Source of the DNA: Selaginella moellendorffii | Taxonomy: Eukaryota > Plantae > Lycopodiophyta | DNA length: 64,000 nt | Assembly: GCF_000143415.4 (NCBI RefSeq) | Contig: NW_003314296.1 | Span: forward strand, 62,001-126,000 | Reading direction: 5' to 3' | Shown here: positions 20,724-32,100 of the stretch, piece by piece | Numbering within the stretch: the stretch's first letter is position 1 | How the letters are laid out: every line of letters begins with the position of its first letter | Position numbers and translations under genes: made by a program | Notes under the pieces: generated by a model | Databases searched by the model: none | Told to the model about the DNA's origin: nothing | Seen by the model: only the letters and a program-made list of their open reading frames with translations

Positions 20724-23700
20724 TCGAGAAGCAGCTCTTCCTTCATGAGCAAAGAGAGAAAGGCACACGACTTCCCAGGTGGGGCTCGGAAGTCGGGGAA
20801 TTTTGGAGGAAATGGTCAAGGGAGAGAAAACTATATTCTCGCGTTCCGAGAAGAACATGTGTAAAGCGGCTGGCTGGCCGACAGATATATATCTTTCGAA
20901 GGTGAATTTGGAGCTCTCAGACTCAAAAGGTACGTGGTTTCATTTCGTTTCTTTCTTCTTTGGACGAACTTAGTGTTTTGTATCTGTGCAGAGTTATAAC
21001 TAATCTGGTGAGTGTGTCTGTGTGTACACGCTCGCGCAGGGGTCCGAGGGGATTGATTGAAAGCTACGAGACGCCAGCACGGTCAGTCAAATCAAGTGGG
21101 GGAGGCCAAGGAGATATGCAGCGGGGCGGTGAGGCGAAGAGATTTGATCGCTAAGAAATCCAGCTCGAACGCGCAAATCTCGTAAAGTACTACAACACTT
21201 CTTTCTCGGCTAAAGTTTGCGTGGTGTCAGTTCTCAGTGATCACGAATGATCGCGAATGATCGTCGCTCTCAGGGAGGACCCATGATTAAAGCATTGAAA
21301 ACTCGAGATATTTTTTAAAATCACAGAAAAGATGGTAGAATACGTTAGTTCGTGGGATGCACTACGTGGTGTTACAGCACAGCGGACTTGAAAAGTATAT
21401 GGAACTGGCGAGGATTTTGATTGAGATGAATGTATACAGTATGATAATCTCTATATCCTCTATTCAAGTGGTATACAGTTAAGAATTGTTGGTATGTTTG
21501 ACAGTAACTTATTCCAACTTTGGAGAAGCCACTTTAAATTTCTCTGTAATGTCTGTAGGAGAGGGTTTTTTTCGTAAGTTTGATACCCTCTCAGTCAAGC
21601 AATCTTTAGTCGATCTTTGTGTGTTATTATTCTAGTGTCTCGAAGTGAGTCCTTTGATAAGAAAGAGACAGAGAGTCTCCCATGTTTAAGACTTGTTTAA
21701 CATGTCATGCTTTCCGCAAGCTCCATTTTATAAACTTTGTGGCTATGCATGATCTCCCCCAATTTGTCACATTTAGCTCATGGTTTGGAAACTCTCTCCG
21801 TGGAATGAATCGCTGCGAAAGAAATTCACGGAGCTTTTATCGCTCGATCTCCACCCGGGGATCTTAACCTGCGCTGTGGCGCTCTAGGTAAGATTCCCTG
21901 CTGTAAACACGACCAAGAAAACCATGTGGAAATCACGTGAAGCTTTCATTCGCTGCAAACAAAGCTGTTGTGAGGCGAGAGTGACTCGTACCGGGTATGG
22001 TTTTTCTCCAGAGGCTGACGCGAGATTACACTAAGCCAGCCGTCGCTGGGCCGAGAAGAAAAACAATTTGTGAGATAAGAAAGCAACAGCTGGGCTTCCC
22101 CTACACGAAAGAAAGAAAGAAAAGAAAAGCTTTAGTCTTTGGGTGGCCACTGAAAAGCATGAGACCAACCAGCGCAAGGCAACGACAAGCAAAAGATGCT
22201 TAAATCAAAGCCACAAAACCAAATCAATCAGTCGAATGTGGATACGTACCATGAAAGAAGCGTTCAAACTAAAACGATGCCATCGGCAAAGAGTATTCTT
22301 TATAATCGCGTGACAATGATGACGTGGGAATCGATCGTTAGTGTTTAGTGGGGCGGATCTTTTGTTGTCTGTTCGTTTGACACGCAAGGGAGCGAAGACT
22401 GCAATGTAAAAACCAAAAAAAAATTAAAAATGAAAAAATCAAAGATAAAAGAGAGCCGGGAAGAAGGTAAGCTTTTGAGTCACAAAGACGGAGAGATTAA
22501 ACAAGTAACAACATGTTGAAGCTTTTCAAGACAGACCTCAGCATTCGCTGGTTTGAATAATCGGATGCCCGGATCCGCTGTTCTGGCGATGATGATTGAG
22601 AACGAAATTTTTGCTGTCCAAATACCATATAGGAACCCTGTTCAACCAAGTAGCGCCTCACTGCTTAACTAGGCTGACATGAAAGATCGAGACGAACCTG
22701 GAGGCGTGGAAGTCACCTCCTCGTTCTTGACATAAGCCTGCCATAACAAACAATTTAGTTCCAGCAGCTATAATATAGCGCAACGATTGTTACCTCATCA
22801 CACCTCATCTCCCAGAAGAAATTTCTCTTCTTGGCAGGACCACCAGGAGCAAACGTGCTGGCTTTCATCTCGTCGGTGTTGGAGATTCGGACCATTCTTC
22901 CGCAGAGGCTGCTGGCAAGTATGAACATTTGAGTCCTGCTACCGGAGACAACTGCAACATTTCTTGACTAATGACTTGGCATTCATATCCCAGTCTCTTT
23001 TAAATCTCAGAAACGGAGTTCTGAGGTCCAACTCGGGACTCGGGAGGCTGTGCTAGCACGCTACTCGTGAATATTTGGTTTTTCAGCAATGGGCTTGACT
23101 ACTATTTCTTAGTTTATGATTGGTATTCTCCTTTAGGAAATTTTTTAATCAATGGTTACGATTATAATGATTAAATCCTATATTCTTATCGTATGAATAA
23201 ACAGCATGGCATTGTGCATTTTGATTTCTTGTATCCTAAGATCTAGTTTACTATTGAACTTAGATTTAGACCTCACTAACATTCTTTATTCTTGCTCTTC
23301 GTATTTAAATTTTTTCTTTTATGTTGTTCTTATTAACTATAATGTTAACATATTAACTAGATCAAACAGCCAACTATAGATCAAACTTAAAGAACTACAG
23401 TCACATAAGGTTTATATTATGGTGTTGATTGAATTTATATTGATGGACTTATCATTGGTGTTACTACCTCTAACTAATGTGGGAATGTTATTTAAACTTA
23501 CTTTTATCTTGGATGAGCTATAATCTCCAGCTAATATAAGACATGATTGCAATCTTGATTAAAGTGTTATGAAATTGTTCAAGTATCAAATTTGTGGGAA
23601 GATGATGTTGAAGAATTCATGAATAGTGTTGAGAAGAGTTTAAAGATCTTGCAAGATATTTATCACTTATTAGATTTTTTAAAACTTGATTTTGTTATTT

Positions 23701-23944
23701 GTGTTGCTGATAATATAATTTTATTGTGTTAGTAAATTTCCTGATTATTTTTAAAGTCTATTTTGAATATTTTGTTGTAATATTCAGTTGTTGTTAATTT
23801 CATTTATTTTGATATTTCTCTGAGAAATTATTTATTCTTTTATTTTCTTGTATTAAATAGTGTTGAAATTATTTGGCTATAAAGTTATAGAAAAGATAAA
23901 AATATCTATATGAACAGAATATATTCAAATAATTTATATGAATA

Positions 23945-24250
23945 GATAGTAAAGATGTGCTAAAATGTTTAGCAATAGATGTTATAAATTCAATTAATAT
24001 ACAAGGTATGACATGTAATTTTGTTTTGAATTCCAACATTTTCAATAATAATGCAGGATCGAATATATTTTTCACAAATGGAATTCAAAATCCTTGGCAC
24101 CATACCTCTAAATTATTTTCATCTCCAGGGCATAAGTATTACTACTTTGTGCTATAATAGTATGCTTTTGACTAAAAGAGACCTAGTGTGTTCTTGAAGA
24201 GCCATCATATATTCTTAAATGTAAAAATTGTGTCCATTGTGATGACCTTT
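23945..24250 (+). pseudogene. Serine carboxypeptidase S28 C-terminal exons (degenerate)
   Basis: GSNIFFTNGIQNPWHHTSK and PSYILKCKNCVHCDDL resemble the S28 motifs FTNGSQDPWRHASK and CHNCGHGSDL. Confidence 0.65.
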
Positions 24251-24649
24251 TCCTTCCTTGCACAGCTATAGAATATAAAATGGGTAAGAGAAATTTTTAA
24301 CTTTTTTTACTTATTGTCTTACAATTCAGACCCTAACAGAATCGATACAGTTCACAAACACGTCAGATACTACTTTAAAAAGTGGTTATCTTCCTAAAAG
24401 TAGTTTAACCCCTTTATAAAATGAGCACATATGTGCTGAAATAAATCTTTATTTTTGTGTGAGTTTATTGCTCTATTAAAATAAAAAAATTTATCCATAT
24501 GCTAGATGAAATAATTTCTGTTTTCAAGAGTTATGACAATGAGGAAGAGGAAGTGGACTTAAAAGGGATTTGAGGAACACAACACTTCTCCATGTGTGGA
24601 GAATATAGATCATAAAGTATAGAAAATACAGGAATGGCAAGGCAATTTC

Positions 24650-26786
24650 TATGGTTAGTAGTCCTTGTGACTTCTTCACCATCAAAGTTTTTTAGAATAA
24701 AACCTCACCAGCAACATGGAATTTAAATTTGAACAGCTGCCTTCTTGCCTACTGGTAATGGAACTAAATCCTATACCTAGTATTCAAGTAGTGAGTGGTA
24801 CTCCTCCTCCATGGCTGCTTGCAATTGCTTCGCCTCTGGAGAAGTAAGAGCTTCCTGGACAGACTTTGGCTCAACCATAGCACATGCACATCCTACTGCA
24901 GCAAAATAGTTGTGTCCATGTTGAGGATTGGACTCACGAGACTCTAAGGCACGCTGTGACAAGTAACGGACTCTGCCGCGAGTGTCACAGTCTGAAAGGG
25001 ACGAGAAGACGATGGCATAGCTGCTGGCGACTGGGGAGCTGCTGGCACTGTGGCGGCTGCACCATCATCACCAGGCTCAGAAAAAAGTTCAAACCATCAT
25101 CAAAGGGCGGAGACTGCTCCTCTTCTTGCTATGGCTGGCGGCTGCTGCGCCTAATTCCTCCAAGTAAAATTGGCGATGTGTTTGGAGATGCTTGAATGTA
25201 GAGTTTACTCTCGTCAAAGCGAACGTCCCGACGGTCTGTATGCCTTGCTCTCCAAAGTATATCCCAGCACGATGCACGGTAGACTCTTCGCTTCCAATTT
25301 GCGTCTGTGCTTGTCCATCACTCGAGACAGCCAAATACTCCAAAATAGCTGATGGAAGATGGATGGCCACTCCATAACTGGAACGGTACTACAGATCCTT
25401 GAAGGGCCTGAGTGGCATTCCGGCATGGAGAAGCATACTGCGAAACAGTTGAGCCGTGTTCTATTCATGCGCTCGGCAACTCCATTTTGTTGTGGAGTAT
25501 CTGGTGGTGTGAATTCTTGGATGACTTCTCACGACATGTGGTGGTGCGGTTGATGGCGAGAAAGTCAGAGGTCTTGGACCATTTAAAAATCTACAAGGTC
25601 TCGGCAGAAAATCTTCTCAGCCATCAGCTTCAGGTTCTTCGCAGTGCTCGTGGAGGAGAATACATGTCCAAAGCACTTCACCAAATTATGCCAGGACAGT
25701 GGAATTCATCATGAAAGTAACAAAATACTTCTTGTGCTGGTGGGTTGGGACATGTAGCGGGGACAAGCTGCAACACTTGATTACTTCGGCTTGTTGAATG
25801 CTGTGGTAGTGGCGTCCTGGTCTGCTTGCCGAGAATACATGCCTCACAAAACTCGAGATTTCCTGTGAGTCCATGTTGTGAGCTAACAATTGTCTCGACG
25901 GCTCCTTCATGGATGTGTCCCAGTCGCTCATGCCAAAGTTGCATGTTTCCTGGGCGAATGATATGGATCTTATTTATAAATATGATCTTGCTCGGTTTGG
26001 GCCTTCATCATTTAGCAGCAATGCTTGCATCTCAACAAATGCCTTTGTTGAGCTCAAGACTTTTCTCAGTGTCTCATGTTCTGGTCGTGCGGCCAAAGCA
26101 TTCAGTAGAACTGCCTTGTTGTCTGCTTCCTTTACGAAGAACCTCAAAGAAGACTGGCAGGTGAGGAATGACAAGGCGTTGTCCTCCATGGGCATTAGAC
26201 TTGGAAAGCTTCATCACCACCATCTTAACCTCACAAAGACAGCTGCTGAAAATTGGACGACCTTGAAGACCACATCCGAGCAAGTGAGGAAACCAAGAAA
26301 CTGGATTTGAAGTCCGAGTTTTTCAGGCTTAGAATGGGATCTGACGAGTCTCCTGCGACATTTCTAAAGTCTATTCTGTCGTCACTGGAGGCTGATTTGA
26401 GCTCTGTCCCCTGGACAATTGTCCCGGACAAAAGTGAACGAAATCTCTTTCGCCCAGTTTTCAAAATCAGTGCCGCTAAACACCAAGGGCTGTCAGTCCT
26501 GCAAGGATTTCAACCACTGGCCAACCTTGCTGGACGATAAAGTGATTGCTCAATGTCGTTTTTCTTGCGTCTTCTTCTGCTTGTTCACACGCTGAAGAAT
26601 GGCTCGTGAGTGATCGAGACTCTGCTTGCTCTCGCCAAGACTTCCTCTCCCAAGCATCGTTTGCCTCGGCTCCGATACCATGTTAAACTTTGAGGCAGTT
26701 TGACTACCACTTTGTATGGTCTCCATATATAAATATTTATCATGGCCTCCACCTTAGCTCGTGGATCCAATCTGGATATTTCTACA
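24650..26786 (-). mobile_element. Ty1/copia remnant (LTR ~26681-26786, tRNA-iMet PBS 26669-26680, gag, pre-integrase, integrase, RT start), heavily deleted
   Basis: PBS TGGTATCGGAGC; motifs LWHERLGH..CEACILGKQ, TPQQNGVAERMNRT, RKLEAKS..LGY and EPKSVQEAL..AMEEEYHSL. Confidence 0.88.
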
Positions 26787-26965
26787 GATTTTCCAATTGG
26801 CTTGATTCTTTTTGACAGTTGTGTGTTTGGATGTCATCCTTTGTCTCCAAAAAACAGCATGACAAAAGTTATATTGCTTCCTCACTTGACACACGCACAA
26901 AGCCTATCAAGAAACAAACCATTTGTTAGTGACAAGCAACGAGAATTGTTACCTCCTCTAGTCTC

Positions 26966-29212
26966 CTAGAAGATTTTCTTCCTTCTTTCCTTGGCACGGC
27001 CACCCTGTGTTCTCTCGAGCACCTTCCTACTCATTGTGATATAGCCTTCGTCTTTGATACCTGGCATTTCCCGGGGTCTGTAGTACAGTTTCCGCCGTGC
27101 CATGTCACTCCGGAGCTCGAACACCTCGCGCTCGTTGTTAAACCTCTCGTTCAACCGGATGAGCTCGTCGTAAGTTACCAGATCTGGGAGCAGTCCCAGC
27201 TCTCTCATCTTCCTGTGAGCCTCGTTGGCGTCGTTCACCATGTCCGCCATCGCGAGAACGCCAACGTACGCGTTGTAAGTCATGGCACACGGCTTGTGGC
27301 CCCTGTTCTCGAGCTCGTCGAAAAGCTTGCAAGCGGTCTTCACCTTTCGGTGCCTTCCCAAGTTGTGGAGAAGCGCACTGTACGTGTAGCCGTCTGCTTG
27401 AAGCCCGCAGCTCTCCAGATCCTGGAGCAGCTTAAACGCGCCCTTGAAATCGCCAGTCTCCCCGAGCATGGCCATGAGCTTGTTGTACGTCACCAGATCG
27501 GGCGTAAAGCCGTTGGCTTTCATCTCCTCGAGCGTGTCCTGAGCCTGGAAGAGCTTTGCGTGCCTGGCCAGGAGAGCCACCATTGTCCTGTACGTGACTT
27601 GGTCCGGAGCAAAAGAGTTGGCCTTCATCTCCTTGAACAGCGAAAACGCATGCAGCACGTCGTCGATATTGGCGAAGCCGCAGATGAGAGCGTTGTAGAT
27701 GCGCTGGTGAACGTAGCCACTCACGTCCCGGAGGCCACGGAAGAGGAGGTACGCGGAATCCATCCTTCCCGACCGGACATACGAGAAGATAATGCTGGTG
27801 AACACCGCGACGCTGAGTGGCTTCCCCCGCTGTGCCATCTGTTTGAAGAAATCCAGCGTCTGCCGAACATCTCCACACTTGAACAGCAAGTTCACCATGC
27901 TGCTGTGAACGACGATGTCCGGACTACATCCACTGTCCATCATCTCGAGAAACAGCCTGCAAGGCTCGGCTATGTCACTTCCATCCCCAGTGTTGGTGAT
28001 GAGAATCGAGTACGTGACACAGTCTGGAGAGATGCCGTCTTCCTCTTTCATCGCTAAGAAAAGCTTCCAGGCAGCGTACCTCCGACCATTCTTGCACAGA
28101 ACTGCCAGTAGCGAGTTGTAACTGACGAGCTCTGGCTTGAGGCCCCGCTTGCTAATCTCTTGGAAGACCGAACAAGCACGATCTACGTACCCGGCCTTTC
28201 CCAAACAATCGATGAGCATGTTGTGTATCACCAGGCTCGGTTCCATTCTCTCTTGGATCATCTGCTCGTAGTGAACTATCGCATCACCCGGACGATTTGC
28301 TTGACAGTGGCCCGAAACCAAGCTGGTGTAGACGTAAAAGTCGGCCTTGTTTCCACCCTCCTCCATCTCTTTCATCAGCTCCTCAGCCAAGTCCATCCTC
28401 TTTGCTCGAGCTAGAGCAAGGATGCCGGCCTTGTAGACTTTGAATCGATCCTCGCTGCTCTCCACACGCATTCGTGCCCGAAGCTCTGATGCCTGGCTAT
28501 GAAATCCATTCGCAGCTAGCACGTTGACGCAGTACTCGTACAAGCCCAGCGATGGAGACCACCCAACCTTGTGGCTCCTCGCAAAAACCTCTAGCATCTC
28601 TTGCAGCTGCTGTGCTTCCCCATGTCGTCGAACCAAGGCTTCCAAAAGCCACCCTGCTTGAACCATCACTTCACCGTAGCAAGCGAGCAAAATACCCAGT
28701 GTCGCTCGATCTGGAGCAGCGAGCTCTATATTTTCTCGCATTTCGTCCATGAGACTCCCAATCTCCTGGAACCGATTAAACTCGGCCAAAACACAGAGGA
28801 CCGCGTTGTATTCTCTTGTGCCGTGCCTGTGTCCTCTAAGATTCGAGGCGGCATACCTGAAGAAGGCGATGCAAGCATCCGGATTATCCCCAAGCCGGGC
28901 GAGAATCTCCGCGACGCTCGACGACTCCACCAAGAACCCTAATCCCTGATTCTGCCACAGCTGCCAGCTGCCGCTGCTCCTCACCAGGCGCAGCGCGCTG
29001 GCCACGGACTGCGACGGCCGCTGGTGCCAGACATCGGCATTGATCCTGGGGAGCGCGGGATCCTCGTCCAGGAAGAGAGGAGGGGATTTTCGCGGCGGAG
29101 GAAGACACGGCTGTGGCCGCTGTACCTCGAAGAGCTGCTCCAGGCTCCTCTCCAGCATCTGCCGCGGCACCGATCGGGAGAAATGGCGCTTCCGGGTGAG
29201 GATCCATAGCAT
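26966..29212 (-). CDS. P-class pentatricopeptide repeat protein, intronless
   Basis: Many 35-aa P repeats (e.g. PDLVTYNKLM); basic N-terminus from ATG 29212 resembling an organellar presequence. Confidence 0.92.
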   Translation of the reverse strand: MLWILTRKRHFSRSVPRQMLERSLEQLFEVQRPQPCLPPPRKSPPLFLDEDPALPRINADVWHQRPSQSVASALRLVRSSGSWQLWQNQGLGFLVESSSVAEILARLGDNPDACIAFFRYAASNLRGHRHGTREYNAVLCVLAEFNRFQEIGSLMDEMRENIELAAPDRATLGILLACYGEVMVQAGWLLEALVRRHGEAQQLQEMLEVFARSHKVGWSPSLGLYEYCVNVLAANGFHSQASELRARMRVESSEDRFKVYKAGILALARAKRMDLAEELMKEMEEGGNKADFYVYTSLVSGHCQANRPGDAIVHYEQMIQERMEPSLVIHNMLIDCLGKAGYVDRACSVFQEISKRGLKPELVSYNSLLAVLCKNGRRYAAWKLFLAMKEEDGISPDCVTYSILITNTGDGSDIAEPCRLFLEMMDSGCSPDIVVHSSMVNLLFKCGDVRQTLDFFKQMAQRGKPLSVAVFTSIIFSYVRSGRMDSAYLLFRGLRDVSGYVHQRIYNALICGFANIDDVLHAFSLFKEMKANSFAPDQVTYRTMVALLARHAKLFQAQDTLEEMKANGFTPDLVTYNKLMAMLGETGDFKGAFKLLQDLESCGLQADGYTYSALLHNLGRHRKVKTACKLFDELENRGHKPCAMTYNAYVGVLAMADMVNDANEAHRKMRELGLLPDLVTYDELIRLNERFNNEREVFELRSDMARRKLYYRPREMPGIKDEGYITMSRKVLERTQGGRAKERRKKIF

Positions 29213-30128
29213 CGCATCGCCTAAAACCCTAGTCCCCCAACGAAATGGCGGGAGTGTAAAGCATATTCCTCCCAAAACCCCTAACAGAATATCCAGATGT
29301 CCTGATGCTATATTTGAGTCTCACAAAGAATCTGAGTTCTTCGGTTTTCATACAGAGAAAACATCTTGTTCATGTGGAAAACAGTTCTTGTTCCTCGCAC
29401 AAACAGCTCCCCAGTGAGCTCAAAGCACCTTTCCATATATGCTCAATTAGATCCAAAACAATTTACTCCTCAATACGATTTTAATCTATGTTAACCAAGA
29501 TCAATCATAAATATTAATAAATGAATAATTTGGTGCAACTAGTTTTTTTTAAATAATATTTAAAGTCATAATGATATATTTCTATTTATAAATAAGATCC
29601 ATATCATTAGTAAGTTTCTTGAATTTATTCAGCATCAGCAATAGCAAATATATTATATAATTTAAAAAATATTTAAACAACTTAATTGAAAAACTTTGCT
29701 TGTTATAAACTTTAAAAAATATTAATTTATATTATGTAGATGAGAGATGATGAGAGGAGCTCAGTTTTCTAATTGTATTTTTTAACGTTTTGTTGTTTTA
29801 TGTTCAAATTAATGATTTTTCTTATTTTTAAGTAATTCAACAAGTGTCATTTATAAGTATACAAAAAATTAATAATTACTCATCAAGCTGTCTTATTTTG
29901 TCTACAGTGATAAAATGTAATACAATACAGTATTATGTAAGAAAAAACTTTGTTTCTAGTGATGTAAAACCAAGATTTTGTTTTTCCCTTCTTGTAATGC
30001 AATACATCTTATTTATAAAACAAAATAACAGCTCAATAATCTTTGTTTTAGTTATTGTCCTACACTGATTAATTTTATTTACAATGCATTTAGTAAAACA
30101 AAAGACTTTGTTCTTATGTTTTCAAAAC

Positions 30129-30425
30129 ATGAGATTGCTAGCAATGAGAGTGTTTTTTCTTCTAGTTTTCCTTTCATCCATTATTAATACTAACCATATC
30201 TGTATTCATGCTAAGCAATTGCCTGGATGTGGAAAAAGTTGTAACACTAATTCTGAATGTAACAGTGGTATGGATTGTCTTGCAGGGATGTGCACCAAAT
30301 TATTATGTGTTTGTGGTGCATATTGTGGACCAGGAACATCAGGTTGTTATGCAAATCTTCCATGCAATCACAATTATAAATGTGTATGTCCTCCTTCCTG
30401 GAATTGGAAATACATAAATTATTGA
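30129..30425 (+). CDS. Secreted cysteine-rich peptide (12 Cys, two knottin-like modules)
   Basis: Hydrophobic signal peptide followed by a regular Cys pattern; intact ORF in very AT-rich DNA. Confidence 0.7.
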   Translation: MRLLAMRVFFLLVFLSSIINTNHICIHAKQLPGCGKSCNTNSECNSGMDCLAGMCTKLLCVCGAYCGPGTSGCYANLPCNHNYKCVCPPSWNWKYINY

Positions 30426-30514
30426 ACATTTATAAACAGTTTTCCTAATTAATGTTAACACTATGTTTTGTTATTTCAATTGATTGAACAAGATATCAAC
30501 AAGAAAAAGATAAA

Positions 30515-31900
30515 CTTACTGGATATTTAAGCGTTTAGAATGGATCCCTCCAACATCACAATAAGTTTGGAATAAACCAAGCTGTGTTCAAATTTGATAA
30601 TTCCAACTTAGATATGATCCAGCATCACTAATGTCCATCTTTAAAGCCTTCTCTTTTAGAATTTTTACATCATAAATATCTATCGTAAATTTGCAAATCT
30701 CATTTCTCCACAAAAGATTAATATCTAGGAAAATGAACGGATTTGACTCACTAGCAGTTTCAAATTGTCATTCTTGGCATCTAGAAGATTGGAGCAACGG
30801 ATATCAGACTGTCCATACAATATCTAGTTAAGATAAAATGTGTTAGCATAAACAAAAGAAAAAAACAATTCTCATACCGAAAAAGCTGCACCATCAGCAA
30901 TAAAAGAACTAAAGTCGTCATCTTCCAACTGTTTTGTAAAATAAAATAATGCAATTGCTTAGTAATCAATAAGTACCTCTTGTGCACTAAACAAGGATTT
31001 CAAGTTAGTGGCAGTTTCTCTTAGGCCAATTTCAACAAGGTCAGTGATCTTCCGCAAAGCTTGAGCGCATTCAAGGCCGGCAGAAATTCCTATCTGGATT
31101 ATCAAATCTCATTTGAGCAAATTAGTCAATAGAGAAACAAACAGACCTGCTTATCAAAGGCTTTATAATCGAGTATAGCATCCACAACTGCAGAACTAGC
31201 CCAGCTACCAACAACCAAGTGAGGATGTTTAAGCCTGAACCAAGCACTTAGAGCACCAGAATATGAACCCCCAATAACAATCCACTTGTTGTTTGCATGC
31301 TTATTGCATTTTTTATTTATAAATGTCTAAAGAAGAACCAACCAGTTTCTAGGTAGTTTGCAACGTTTGTAAATCACGTGGTAGTATTCAATAAATGCAT
31401 CATGCAGACAGCAATAAGCCATCAATGAAATATGATCAGCCAAGGATTGCTCTACGGTCAAATATTTGAAGTTTTTTTTATGGAAAACTGTAGCCATAGT
31501 AATGGTGTTCAAGTTACCACACCTGCCTTAAACTGTCGAGCTAAATCCTACAAAGTTATAAGCAAAGTTTATGAAAGTAACAAGCAAAACTTGTAAAGTT
31601 TACCAATGTATATGTTTGATAGAGTTGAAGACCTTCACCACATAGGTATAGAAAATACCACCGAATTTGACAAGTCATCGAAGTACCTTTGAGGGAAAAC
31701 CCGGGTATCCTGCACAAATATGTGGACAAAACAGGTAAACGCTAGCTAGCTAAACCACATACGTCTGGATCAAAATTATCTACACTTTGGCTGAGAGTAG
31801 CATAAGTCACAGCCGATAGTGCTGCAAGTTGATACGAATGAAAGTAGCGCTTTCTCTGTTTGTCGAGCCTAAAACCATGGCGGCCTGGGCCAACCCCTGG
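30515..31900 (-). pseudogene. Serine carboxypeptidase S28 (prolylcarboxypeptidase-like), N-terminal and central exons, degenerate
   Basis: Motifs QSVDNFDP, YLTVEQSLAD, WIVIGGSYSGALSAWFRLKHPHLVVGSWASSA and WNYQI*TQLGLFQ; contains stops and deletions. Confidence 0.8.
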
Positions 31901-32100
31901 CAGGTGATTATCAAGAGAAGAAGAAAAGCAAGCAGAAAAATAATCTTGAGCATTGAGAACTTTGCAAGAAATTAAAGCACAATTGATACTGTTATATAGC
32001 AATAATGTGTGCCAAATTGAGATCCTCTCAACTAATTTTCTCGTTTTGAACGTACACAAAAGAGGATTGGAAGAATCGCGGGTGGCGCATTCTGAGAATA

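Noticed and set aside
22500-23700. Possible gene fragments between the MYB gene and the S28 remnant
   Set aside because: Only short frames, with no motif I could assign.
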